DNA from: Octopus vulgaris
Lineage: Eukaryota
Direction of reading: 5' to 3'
DNA: 64,000 nt
NCBI GenBank assembly: GCA_951406725.2
Contig: OX597817.1
Coordinates: forward strand, 119,288,001 to 119,352,000
In this document: positions 1 to 13,270 of the stretch, piece by piece
Layout of the letters: each line of letters opens with the position of its first letter
Numbering within the stretch: position 1 is the stretch's first letter
Notes under the pieces: generated by a model
Seen by the model: the letters and a program-made list of their open reading frames with translations, nothing else
What the model was told of the DNA's origin: nothing
Database searches by the model: none
Position numbers and translations under genes: made by a program

Positions 1-1579
1 TTGGATTGTTATAATGCCCACTTAGGTATATTTAGTAAAACCAGTTTTTGTAAGTATACTTTAGTAAAACCAGTAAAGGCACAACTATTTCTGACCACCT
101 GCTACATACTCTGGTACTTCACGTACATATCTTTACTTATAGTAACTAGATTATTCCATTCATCACGTGGGAGGGGTGTACCATTATTACTAATTCCTTA
201 CAACATATTTATACTTATTTGCACTTTCTTATTATGAACTAACAGATTCTAAATTACAATCATTATTTCTCATGATTATAATCTAAATGAACAAGCAAGA
301 TGCAAACTCTCATTGGTTACAAAACAAATATATGCATTGTCTAAAACAAACTGAGCTATTGGAGGGCTAGTATTTTGATGAATACTCGTCTCAGTTCATA
401 CAGCTTGCTACATGTAAACCTGAAAATGAAGCCTCCAAATTATAGTTAAGCATCTTCCCAATATGCCACATAGGCAGATTGACTAATCTAAAAGAACTAT
501 ATACTTTTGCTTGTATTTCCCAGCTGTTGCTTTTTAATTATAAAAATGAAAGGTATTTTGGTATAGAGTCTGAACAGAATAAGAAATATACTGACTTGTA
601 AAATAGTAACATCATGAAACTAATTTATACTTCAAAGAAGTAGTTGACAAGGTTCATTCCACAAGTCAGTTCCAAATATAAGAAGTTAGATATTATTAAG
701 ACCATACTTTTACCATCATAAAAATAAATTTAGTTGAATGTTACATCCAGTGTTGGATGTACTTGTTACCTAAAACCTGAGTACACCTCTGAAAGCAGGG
801 AGAGCTGCAATCAAGATTAAGCTATTTTATCAGTTTCTATCACAGTACAAGGCTCAAGGTTCTGATTAAAATTGAAATATCTAAATGGATACCTATTAAA
901 TTTGTGATAATATGGAATTAGAATATTTACTATCTTATGTTGGTCTCTTACTTTTAATTAAACATTCAAAACATTCAATATTAATATTTCATTTTATTTT
1001 GTTGAAGTAACACATGATTTCTGAATAATTTCTTATTTTTAACCTGTTGATTGTTTTGTTTTGCAAATAAAGCAAAAGACAGAATTTTCTAAAGTGGTGG
1101 GAGAAAGTATGGTACCAAATAAAGCCCATACAGGAGGAACCAAAAGTGCAAAATTGAGAAACACTGTTGTTACATGTTACGATTATCTCCATAAATTTAA
1201 TCCATTAATACACAGTGTCCCCAAGACAGGATAGTTGGTATAAAGAATTTATTGGTTGTAATTATCTCCTAGTGATACAGTATTTAGTGCAATATATTAA
1301 GACAACTTTTGTGCATTTATAATGAAAAATATTCAAGCAATATTCATCTCTGCTTTTCATGTATTTTTTTCCATTCTGTCTGTGACCTTTATACTGTGCA
1401 GTTCCTACTCACCACAGTGATCAACACAGGCCTCTCAGAAAAGTCTTTAGCATAACGATAAGCATTGTATTTTCATAGCTACGTAATCATCACCTTATTC
1501 CAGGTTAGCACTAATCACAGTTAATGATATCATGTCATTATAATTTCCTATATAATGAAATCTCTGTCTTCATCCACTG

Positions 1580-2395
1580 TTATTATCATTAATAATGATA
1601 CGAACACTGCTGCCTTTTATTATCACCTTTCACAACCACTATACCAAAGTAATCATTAAACTGTGTAAATTTCAATAAAATTCTTCATGTTTATTTCTAA
1701 TGATTTTATTAAGGAGGATTCTCTGATTACAGTTCTGTGGATATAGCAGCCAGTGTCAAGAATTCCAGTATTATTTAATACTGACAGTTGTGGTTAAAGG
1801 TTGCATATAACAACAATAAACATACTCATAGATTTCTATCAGCTAACATACACCAGATGAGCTTTCTTGTTCATACAGGTATTCCATTTCAATTTTTTTC
1901 TCTTTGTTTCCACACAGCTCTTCTTGTTAAATTGTGGGATGCTGCTGCTGTTGCCTATGATGATGCTATAACAGCAACTGGAACAATTTGAAATGCGCAC
2001 ATATTTCTATGCAATGCAAGCCCAGGTTTTGACACATTAACGGGACCAAACACACTGCCACTGAGTTCAGAACTTGCCTCACCATTTTATTCATGAAAAC
2101 AATTCATCATAGGTATTTTATTGTTTCTATGTTATTAATGATATGAACACTGTAGTCTTTTATTATCATCTTTCACAATCATTAAACTATGTACATTGCA
2201 ATAAATACAATCTTCCTTAATACATTTGCCATATATAAAATTATATGGCCAGTGTATTAAAGGAGATTCTTGGATTATCATTCTTTAGATATTGCAGCCT
2301 GTATCAAGAATTCTAATGCTATTTAATAGTGACAGTTGTGGTTAAAGGCTGATTCTTAAATTTTTATATCTAATACTATAAACATACGCATAGAC
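1580..2395 (+). repeat. Old direct duplication of about 250 bp (about 1580-1830 and 2130-2395)
   Basis: Shared colinear blocks: aatgata.gaacactg, ttttattatca.ctttcacaa, aatcattaaact, tcaagaattc, tatttaata.tgacagttgtggttaaagg. Confidence 0.8.
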
Positions 2396-3382
2396 ACATG
2401 TTCACATTATTTAGGGTTGAATAGCATTCTTAACTCTAACTATTTATAATTAAACAGTTGCTACAAGGATTTATATAATTTAAATGTCTATTAACTTTAC
2501 ACTAGGAATGTTTGCCTTCCAAACAACTTTTGTCAGGTACTCCCAAGGTGTTCTGTTTGGAAGTATGTGTATGTGATTAGCCTAAGAATTGTGTATTTGT
2601 ATAAATAACTCAAGCGAAGAATATAACAAGTAAAGCATAGTATAAATAAAATGTAGAGGACAGTGCCCTGTGAATCCATAAGCATGAAATAAGTCAATTT
2701 AGACATATATAAATGTCAGTTGTCTGTCTGTGTGAGTAGATATGAATACAAATATGTGTGCATGTGTTTTTATTTGTTAGTCTGTTTTATGCTCCTTTAT
2801 CTATGCTTTCATTGTTAGGATTTGTAATCTGAGTAGTTGCTTACAGACAGATGTCCTTCCTCATGCTAACCCTTTCCCATTTTTCAAGTGAAGATCTCTT
2901 GTTCCACACAGTTTCAAAGGCACAAAGTGACTGAACAATTTGTTGAAAGGAGAAACTGACAACAACACTACCCAATGCACTTTCATATAGGCAATCACAT
3001 ATACAAACACACACACACACATGTGTACACACAATATTTGCATAACAAAATGCATAGTATGTGAATTATAAGTCAAACAGCCTATAGTGCCTTTTCTCTA
3101 ATTTACTTCATCTTGTACTAGCAACAGGAGAAGCAATGGGGCCATAGAAAATCTACCTCAATAATTTTCATCCAGCCCATATCAGAATTGATGATGATGG
3201 TACATTGAGAGAGAGATAAAAATTAAAAGTGAGACAAATACACCATGTACATGCAAAGCAAATTAAGTGGATAATGAATAAAAATGAAAGAAATTATTGA
3301 GAAGGAGTTTTATGAAGACACAGTGAGAAAGAAAGGATCAGCTAAATACTCTCACACATCTTTGACAATTGAAATACACTGT

Positions 3383-3594
3383 ATAGAGATGCAGCACGGA
3401 TTTTTGTCAGTGAACAGGTTGCGGTCTTAAAGCAACGAAAATATTTTGACAAATTAAACTTAAATGTTGAAGTGAATCGAACGGCTTTTGTGTGTTTCTT
3501 AAATGGCTTACAAACACCTTCCACGCTGCAATTGTTTTCATTTCAGCACACGATCTCAGATCAAATCACTTGCTATGCAAGTACATCTCCGTAA
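3383..3594 (+). mobile_element. Penelope-like terminal-repeat fragment (family P1) containing a hammerhead-like motif
   Basis: Clearly homologous to 11868-12105 (shared gcac.ga.ttt..tcagtga.cagg...gaaaatatt.tgacaaattaaa...aaatggctta.aaacaccttcca.gct.caattgtt). Penelope assignment is inferred from the minimal hammerhead fold and the inverted arrangement of the second copy. Confidence 0.6.
3403..3453 (+). ncRNA. Minimal type I hammerhead ribozyme-like motif, G3:C8 core variant
   Basis: Stem I TTTGTCA (3403-3409)/TGACAAA (3447-3453); core GTGAACA; one extra G; stem II GTTGC/GCAAC with a 9-nt loop; GAAA; palindromic stem III AATATT; UH = TT. Confidence 0.6.
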
Positions 3595-6500
3595 CTGTAT
3601 AGTTTGTTAGCTCAAATGACACACTTTACAAAATATTTATCTCACAGGTGATGATGACAAGAATTTTGACAGATATAGAAATAACTGTATAATGTAAATG
3701 AAACCTTGTGTGTTCAACAAACTAATGTTTGTTTGATTTGCATAACTTCAGACAGTTTAAATTCTAAGATGTTTCTAGACATATATCCTATGGAATACAA
3801 ACTTCTAGTTTCAACTCCATATATAAATAGACTTTTCAAATTTAAAGAAATTTTAGATCAAACTGTTGATGTCAAAAATGATTATTCTAGAATAAAATAG
3901 AAAATGAACACAAAAGTTTATGTGTTTGTGAAAGGAGTGGTGCATAACCTTTGACACATGCTCTGGATTATTCAGTATTGATTCAATAACATGAGGGTCC
4001 TATTTTATCACTCCTTATTTGTAAAGCATAAATGCTTGAATAAACATCTTGAAATTTTGCTTCTTTAAGTTCCAAACTATATCACTTGGCATCTGTGAAT
4101 GTTTTGTTGATCTGATTAGGAATGAATGAAGACTGTATGAAGAAGAAAATAAACACCTGCTTTTTCCTGTATAGAATTTTTTAAAGAAATGATCCATATG
4201 GCATATATAAGGGTGAAGGTCACTTCCACTGTTATTTGGAAGTGAAAAACATCATATATTTAACAAATTGATGTGTTGAAAGAAAATTTCTAGAGGCAAC
4301 TCAAAGTGACGTTGTGAGTTACAAAACACTCTAACTCGATTGAACATGTGAAGTTTCATGTAGTCTACAGCAAGAACTGCAACATTTCAGCACAGTTCAG
4401 AATCTTATTCTAGAATTTTATTCACACCAAAGCTAATTATTTAAAATATTTTATTCTATTCTATTCATGTATTTATTTGGCAAGATTTAAAACAAGATTA
4501 GTTATTATCAAATTAAAACTTAATTTATTGATATAGCATAGTGCTAAAAAAAAAATAGAGGAGAAGGTTTTTAATCATTATCTCTTAACAAAATATATAG
4601 AATGCCACTTGTGTAAAAGAAAAAAAAATGCAATATAATAAGCATCAGTCAACTCAACTGGTGAAGGACAGAAAATAAATTTTAAAATGATTGCCTTTTA
4701 GTAGCAAAGATTTATTGCTCTCTGCATTAATAATCAATTCTAATAAATTTAATATCAGGTAAAAAGTAGACACAATGTCATATTTCAGAAAAGGCACTCA
4801 GTATTGTTTCTCTTCAAATGTAAATCAAAGTTTTGAATTACAAATATCTGATACTCACACACTTGCACAATTACAATCCTATTTCTGCCACATAGTCCAC
4901 TCTATAAAAATAAATATATTCAAAAGTGTGTGGTGGGGTTTATGGTGTGTAGGTATTTATAAATCTATATAGTGTCCTAGACACACTGTATGTCTGTAAA
5001 GAAAGACAGACGCATTGTAAAAAAGTAGAAAATTATACTAATATATGAGTGTGTGTGTAAAAATATATATATATATATATATAAATATATATATATATGT
5101 AAATAAGACACACACATATACAAACACACAGAAATAAAATATGAATATAAATTTTTAAGGGTAAGCTACTTGTCATAAATAAATTGTGATTGTGTGTGTG
5201 TGGGGGGGTTGTATATATATGTGTGTTTGGTGTATTTGAGAGTGAGTGATTTTGGAGAGGAAGTCATGGGCTATAAAAGCTGATTATCTAGGTAACTATA
5301 TGTTGGTTACTTGATGGTTGTTTCAGAAAAATATATAGAACTTATTCACCCAAGACTGTCCATCTCTTGAAAAGAGATCGCATAATGAATATCAAAAATT
5401 TAAAAAAAAGAGAAAAAAAAAACATATTTTCCTCCAATGATGTTACATGAGCAAGGATAAATATTTTGTGTTTAAGTTCTGCCAAGGTAAATCTAACTTT
5501 TGATCATCTAATTTCAAGAAGGTAAGTCCACATAATATATGACAAGAGGAAACTAACAGGAAGGTTGCAAAATGTAATTTGATATTATGAATAAGTTGTA
5601 ACTAGACAACTACACAACTAGATACACTGAATTTTCTATTGCCGAGATCTAATATCATTGTATTATTTCTAAATGTTTATAAGAGTAATTTGATGTGTAT
5701 AGTTCTACTTCTACGTCTTTGTATCTACCATCTCAAACAGATTAGGCTTTTTGTTTCATCCACATCACCAAGAAAAATTATTTATATGTGCATGTGTATG
5801 TGTACATATATGTGTATGTGTGTGCATATGTGTGCACATATATGTGTGTGTATCATATATATATATGACATATATATGACATGTATATTTGCAGGAATAT
5901 ATGTTATGACACCATAAAAAAATGTGTGCTTTATAATCCACTAAGAATGGTGATAAACATATAAATTCCTGAAGCAAATTCACAAATATTTCCCCTTATC
6001 GCTCACTATGACAACGCATCAGCAGATAGGAGAAAATGCAAAGTGACTTTCTCACTTCTGTGCAATAGAATGAATGAATTTAGCTTATAATTTTCGATGG
6101 GTGTTTTTCCTTATCAGTAGTTTCATGCAGACTCCATATTGCATATTAATAACGTTGGTCATATCAATATCATAAAAACATATCTCAGTGTCATAAAAAC
6201 ATGCAACAGGTATAATATAATCAGCAATAAGATATCATGTTATACATATTTTGTAACAAAAACACGAATGAAAACATTAAAATGATACAAAACCTCATTC
6301 ATCATCGAAAGAATCTGACTGCAATGGTGGGGTTCACCAGTTTCGTTAAACATTGAACCTAGAGATACATTTCTTGCAACAGATTATTTATAAGGAGGTA
6401 GATTTATATGACACTTATGAAACAATTAACAATTGATGGAAGTGCACTACTTATTGTGTGATCTTATGCTGATGTTCCAATAATTAGTAGCCACAAGGAA

Positions 6501-7179
6501 ACATCTACTTGAGTTAATGAAACTAGATTTAATGTGACTGACCTAAGATTGATTTCTTGAATGAGAAATGCATGGACAGATTTTTATGTGTTTATCTAAA
6601 CTTATTTTCATTCCTTCTCTCTTCCCTTTCCTTCTTTCTTTATGGAACTTTCTGTCTTTGTTGCTTTCAATCTCTTTCCATTGCTACTTTTATATTTGCC
6701 CCCTGTAAATAGTACAGAATTACATGCCTATGGAGACACACACACACATGTATGCATGCACACACATACACACACACAATGACAAACCAATAAAGAATCA
6801 ACACAATCATTCAACTTGCTAGAAATAGCTGACAAATCTGCCTCTTACATACTGTCATCTTAAAAAGCAAGGAAGATATATGTTAGGTAATGTAGTCTAA
6901 GATAGCCTACCATAAAAATAAGATTACTATAGCTGAAATACCTTTAATCATAGGTTTGCTTCATGTGAGTTGCTTAGGTGCTTAACAGCAACAACGTGTG
7001 TACATATGCATGTATCTGTTTTCGTTGAACTTGAGTATTGAAATTATAAATGATCAGATCAATTGCAGAGTGTATCATTTCTGAGCACAATGTCTTCGAC
7101 TTCTCACATACAGAACGTCATCATCATTACTACTGCTGCTGTTACTGCTACCACTGCCACTACCAAAATCAGTAACAAC

Positions 7180-7570
7180 ATTTTAATGTCCACTTTCTGG
7201 GGCTTACATGATGGAATTCATCATGGTAGTTTTCCTATGCCTGGATACCCATCCTATTATCAACCTACATATGGTAATCTTTCTCCTATATTGAACATGT
7301 TTTCACAAAAGACAGAAAATGAGGGACTGGTCTTGCATAAAAGTGATGCTCATTTATAGTAATCCTGTGATGGCAAAACAAAATAACACAAGCACACACA
7401 CATGTATACAATGAGTTTTACTCAGTTTTCATCAACCAAAATCTGCACCCAAATCTTTGATCAACCTGGGGCTATAGTAGAAGATATTTGCCCAAGACAC
7501 TTTGCAATGGGACTGATCTTGAATCCAAGTGACTGGAAGTAAATTTATCAGCCATACAATCATTTCTGCA
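7180..7570 (-). mobile_element. Old tRNA/CORE SINE with RTE-like tail (family A2)
   Basis: Head ggctatagtagaagatatttgcccaagacac (reverse of CORE). Tail tttaatgtccactttc (reverse of gaaagtggacattaaa). Confidence 0.6.
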
Positions 7571-8315
7571 TTCAATATAGTAAATGACAACTTTTTATGT
7601 TACTGAAGATGGGAATATGATGTCTTAATAGTATACATTTTCTTCAAAATTCCATGTTATATTAATGATACAATAGAAAGCTAATTTAACCCATGCTGTG
7701 CTACTAAAGAAGCTACTTCAGACTACTTACTAATGTATCAAGAAACTGAAATGCATTTATATGCTTAGATCTTTAGCAAATACACTATTGAACTTATTAC
7801 TTTAGATATGAAATAAAACACGAATTTAGGAAAAAAAAAAGTTATCAGTAAACAGAAATGTTTTAGAAAAGGAAGCAACTAAAAAAATTTATTTAAAAAA
7901 TATAATTTTGTTTACATAAAAAAGTATAACTTCCTTTCATTCTTGTTACTTTGGCAGAACTGTGGAAGCATTAACTCATGTATAAGCTTCATTATCATTA
8001 TAATTCGTTATTTTGTTAAAGTACAACAGGCATCTCTCTTTATGACTTTAGAAATGATAAATGCAAAGATTCAGGACTGAAATATTTTTTAAAAATTTAT
8101 TGTCCATATATATGCTAATAGAGAAGTTGAACTGTTCATGCCTAGAAATATTCATATAAAATTGAGCAACAAAAGAATTTAACCAAAAGACTTTCACTTC
8201 TAGTCTAAAATTCAAGTTTAGTTTCTAAATATTTGCTCATAAAGAATACAGCTTTGTAAATAATAATGATGATGATAATCATGATAATGATGATGATGAT
8301 GATGATGATGATGAT

Positions 8316-8553
8316 CCTTTCTTCTATATGCACAAGGGAGTTGAAATATTAGAGGGAGTGGATAGTCGATTTCATCAACTCCAGTGCTTAACTGCTACTT
8401 ATTTCATTGACCCCAAAAGGATGAAAGGCACAGCTGACCTTGGTGGTATTTGAACTCAGAATGTAAAGACAAAAAAAATGCCACTAAGCATTTTGTCCAG
8501 TATGCAAATAATTCTACCATCTCATCACCTTGTGAGCTGGCAGAATCATTGAC

Positions 8554-8589
<36 letters not shown>

Positions 8590-9070
8590 CCTTTCTACTA
8601 TAGGCAAAAGGTCTAAAATTTTGGAGGAGGGGCCAGTTTATTAGATCAACCCCAGTAATCAACTGGTACTTAATTTATTGACCCTAAAAGATTGAAAGGC
8701 AAAGTCAACTTCGGTGGAATTTGAACCCAGAACGTAAAGACAGAAGCAATACTGCTAAGCATTTCACCCAGCATGCTAACGATTCTGTCAGCTCACCGCC
8801 TTTTTAATAATAATCCTTTCTACTATAGGCGCAAGGCCTGAAATTTTGATGAAGAGGACTAGTTGATTATATCAACCCCACTGTTTCTCTGGTACTTAAT
8901 TTATCCACACTGGAAGGATGAAAGGCAAAGTCGACCTCAAAAGAATTTGAACTCAGAATGCAGTGACTGGCGAAATACTGCTAAGCATTTCATCCATCAC
9001 ACTAATGATTCAGCCAGCTCAGTTTCAACTTTTGGTACAACACCAGCAATTTTGAGAGTAGTTAGTCCAT
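8316..9070 (-). mobile_element. Three head-to-tail Meta-domain-like SINEs (family C) separated by (AAT)n, plus fragments
   Basis: Copies at about 8316-8530, 8590-8802 and 8815-9020. Each has ggtacttaatttat..accc..aaggatgaaaggcaaagtc.ac...ggaatttgaactcagaa, the reverse of gcctttcatcctt...ataaattaagtacc. Confidence 0.75.
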
Positions 9071-9941
9071 TACACACATATACACTCACACATATTTGCT
9101 TATTTATTGAACAAATGCAAATGATTCACTCCACATCTACTCTGAGTTTTCCACACGTATACATTCTTTCAGATGCTACAAATAAAGAAGCTAAAACTAT
9201 GAAATACAACTATTACCCCTCATAGTTTATGTTGATCAGCTTTAATTATTTGATGTTGTGATACTGTTGAAGATTTTGGAATTGCACAGAATAAAAACAA
9301 GCAGTAAGGCTCGTGTTTCTAGAATATATATGAAATGGCCTGATTTCAGAATACAGTCAACTATGTCAGTAAATATTAAAAAGAGACAGATATTGGAGAA
9401 GATATCACAAATGTAATACATTCACTGAAGTAGAAAGAATATAATTTCTAAATTGTTTCCTGGCATAAATTATCATAAAAGTAGTTTGCAATGATTTATA
9501 CTTATTCTTACTTGACTGAGCATAATTTCATATTAATCGTTAGTAATTCTGAAACATTAAAATTGTTCATAATAGATATATATCTTTTCTCTCCCATGAG
9601 TAATGTAAAAAAATAAAGCCTCAGTAGCACATCTAGGGAATGTATTCAACTTTATATGACAAATCTATTTTCATTATATACATATATGTATACACACACA
9701 TACATATATATTGTGTATGTATATAAATATATACAAATATGTGTGTAAGTAATATGCATACATGTGTCTATAATATGCACCTATACACATATATATATAT
9801 ATAATGTATACACACAAAACACACACACGAATATATATATATATATAAACATATAATTGCATACATAAACACAACTGAGCTGTATATAATTTTCAGAGAC
9901 AAAGAAGAGAAGGAAATAGACAGATAGATAGATAGATACAT

Positions 9942-9986
<45 letters not shown>

Positions 9987-11810
9987 CATATGCCTACATA
10001 CATGCATGAGCTCTCATGCACACACACACGTGTGTGTGTGTGTGTATATGCAAATGTGCATATACACACACACGTGTGTGTGTGTGTGTGTATATGCAAA
10101 TGTGCATACAAGCACACAAGCAAACACAGATACTAACACAGAAAATATGATATATTCATTTATTCAAAATGCAAAATATATATTTTCATGTCTTCAGAAT
10201 CACAAATGTAAATCACACAAAAGCAAGGAAGATGGCTATTGTTTACGAAGTTTTAGTCATGATAAGTAAATGCAGGTTTGTTATTCATTTCTTCCTGTTC
10301 AATGTGTGGCCATCTTCTTTCAGGGTATAACAAATCCATTATTTGTGAAATATACTATTTTAGTCAGCAAGTAATACAATCCAAGTTTTGGGAACACTGT
10401 TGTGAGCTCACTGAAATATACACCCACACATATGCAAACATATATATACACACACAAAAACACACACGCACCCATTTATCTATGTATACTTAGATATATA
10501 CACCTATATACATATGCATCTTCTTATATAAAATACACCTGTGTGTATATTCACTTTACATGTGAAAATGGCTGCGCAAATTGCTTCCATACTTGGGATG
10601 CATAAATAATTTGATCTTGGGTACATTATATGATCTTCAGTATATCTTTTTTATTAAAAATAAATAATATTGCTTTCTATATACAATTCACTTCTATAAA
10701 AAGGTTTCTCAATGTCAACTTCCGGTACTGATATATCAACAGCAAAATTTTCCGTTTTCATTTGCAAATTCTTTCACACTCTATTTTAATGCTTTCATTT
10801 CAAGTTTTAATTCATTATTTGCAAACAACTACGATAAATTACTGAAAGAAATATTTATTAAGTTCACAAATTTAAATATTTGATTCAAGATATTTTTTAA
10901 CAAGCTTTTATTATACGATTTTTTCATTTCATGTTTATTTCATTCATTATTTGGAATGTTCTCTCTCTCCCACTCTCCCTCTCACACACACATACAGGTC
11001 AGTCACATATGCACACGTGTTTTTGTATGTACGTTTGTATACATTTATGTCTGTGTATTTGTGAGAGAGAGAGTGTTAGTCAGTTAAGGAGTGTGTTGTC
11101 ATGTATATGTACATACATTAATATATATGCATACATCTTTTTTGTATGCATCTGTGCACACATATATGTGTGAGAGAGAAAGAAAGAGAGAGAGTGATGT
11201 GTAAGAGGCATTTACTCTCTCTCTCACACACATACAAAAAGTTGTATGCATATTTACTTATGTATGCACATATACATGACAACACATCCCTTCTCTCTCT
11301 TTCACACACACATCCATTTCAACTGATGTTTGATACTGTATGTGTGTGTATGTGTGCATGTGTGTGTGAACATGCATGTGCATGGGGTGTTCTACAATCA
11401 CCATTTATTTCAAGAAAACATAAATGTTGCTTAAATGTCCCAGGATTTAATTCCAGGATAGTAAGTCATATTTAGTAGAAAATAGGAAAATTGTATAAGG
11501 AGACAAATGCTCGGAATCTTAAACTATTTATATCTAGAATACTTCTACATATGCTTCTATGGATGAACTAGAAAAATGTCCGACAGGATAAATTATGGTC
11601 AGCAATGCATCAATCTCATCAGGAAGGATATATATAACAAACTCATCAAACAGACATGTTAACAGAAATAGAAAGTCCTATAAAATGTAACGTATTTATA
11701 TTCATATTCACACACATACACACGCTCAGATATTCGATGTGCAAATATAAACATTATATACATAGAAAAATCACAAATGTATACATACACATAAATATAT
11801 ATACATATAA

Positions 11811-11867
<57 letters not shown>

Positions 11868-11871
<4 letters not shown>

Positions 11872-12102
11872 GGAGATGTACTTGCATAGTAAGTGACCTG
11901 TTCTGAGACTGTGTGCTGAAACAAAAACAATTGCAGCATGGAAGGTGTTTATAAGCCATTTAAGCACAGAATTTTTTCAGTGAGCAGGTCGTGGTTACAA
12001 AGTGATGAAAATATTCTGACAAATTAAATTTAGATGTTGAAGTGAATAACGGTTTTTGTGTGTTTTTAAAATGGCTTATAAACACCTTCCATGCTTCAAT
12101 TG

Positions 12103-12105
<3 letters not shown>
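11868..12105 (+). mobile_element. Penelope-like terminal-repeat fragment (family P1) with 5' inverted segment, inserted in (TA)n
   Basis: Inverted arms 11926-11961 and 12069-12104 match at 35/36. Both flanks are (TA)n. Homologous to 3383-3594. Confidence 0.65.
11973..12023 (+). ncRNA. Second copy of the G3:C8 hammerhead-like motif
   Basis: TTTTTCA-GTGAGCA-G-GTCGT-ggttacaaa-GTGAT-GAAA-ATAT-TC-TGACAAA. Cleavage triplet UUC. Stems I and II are partly decayed (one mismatch, several G-U pairs). Confidence 0.55.
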
Positions 12106-12160
<55 letters not shown>

Positions 12161-12426
12161 AATATATACATATACATACAAATACACATATATATATTCA
12201 AATACATACATACATAGGTTGGAATATATAGTCATAGACATATGCATATATATCTACACATATACTAGTACACATTCTCACAGCAAAGACATATAAATAT
12301 ATACACACACATATATATACACACACATATATATATACACATATATATATATACACATATATATATATATACACATATATATAATGATGTATATGCACAC
12401 AAGCACATACGTACATACATAAACAT

Positions 12427-12480
<54 letters not shown>
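12106..12480. repeat. Compound (TA)n/(CA)n/(GA)n microsatellite
   Basis: Directly visible; (GA)n at about 12433-12480. Confidence 0.95.
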
Positions 12481-12483
<3 letters not shown>

Positions 12484-12866
12484 TGAATACATACATATAT
12501 ATAAATATGTATACGGTATTTTGTATTTTTTCCATTGACAATTTTAATATAAGAAAGCTTGTAATCTATTTTTTACTTCCTCAGGTTGTAACTGTTTGAA
12601 GTTAACTTCTATATTCCCTTTTAAATGTATTATTATAAATTTACTAATCTACTGATACCAAACTAATTCATTATGCATTTGATACTTAAATCATAGATAG
12701 ATTTTTTTTGACTCACAATATCACATGTGTGTCTGACAGCACATGTATCTCTCAATCCTATGCCACCTGATTGAAATACTCTTATTTATATTTGTTTTAA
12801 AGTAAATTATGAATTTTCAAATTTAAGGGATTAAATGTTATACTTTTCCACTATCATTTATATATA

Positions 12867-13045
12867 GGCGCAGGAGTGGCAGTGTGGTAAGTAGCTTGCT
12901 TACCTACCACATGGTTCCGGGTTCATTCCCACTGCATGGCACCTTGGGCAAGTGTCTTCTACTATAGCTTCGGGCCAACGAAAGCCTTGTGAGTGGATTT
13001 GGTAGACAGAAACTGAAAGAAGCCCATCGTATATATGTATATATA

Positions 13046-13076
<31 letters not shown>

Positions 13077-13270
13077 TTGTTCCCCCAAAATCGCTTGACA
13101 ACCAATGATGGTGTGTTTGCATCCCCGTAACTTAACGGTTTGGCAAAAGAGATTGTTAGACTAAGTACTAGGCTTACAAAGAATAAGTCCTGGGGTCGAT
13201 TTGCTCGACTAAAGGTGGTGCTCCAGCATGGCCGCAGTCATATGACTTAATCAAGTAAAAGTGTAAAGAG
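12867..13270 (+). mobile_element. Full-length tRNA-derived CORE-type SINE (octopus OR-like; family A)
   Basis: Box A-like tggcagtgtggtaa, box B-like ggttcattccc, CORE-like gcaccttgggcaagtgtc, internal (TA)n(TG)n, and tail ...ccagcatggccgcagtca...caagtaaaa. Many copies in the window. Confidence 0.85.

Noticed and set aside
4220-4245. Short hairpin tcacttcca/tggaagtga, and ggaatctaaagg/ccttagattcc at about 44076-44111
   Set aside because: Too short for a pre-miRNA, with no supporting context.
12867-12940. tRNA-like A and B boxes at SINE heads
   Set aside because: No full cloverleaf, and they are contiguous with SINE bodies, so they are not tRNA genes.
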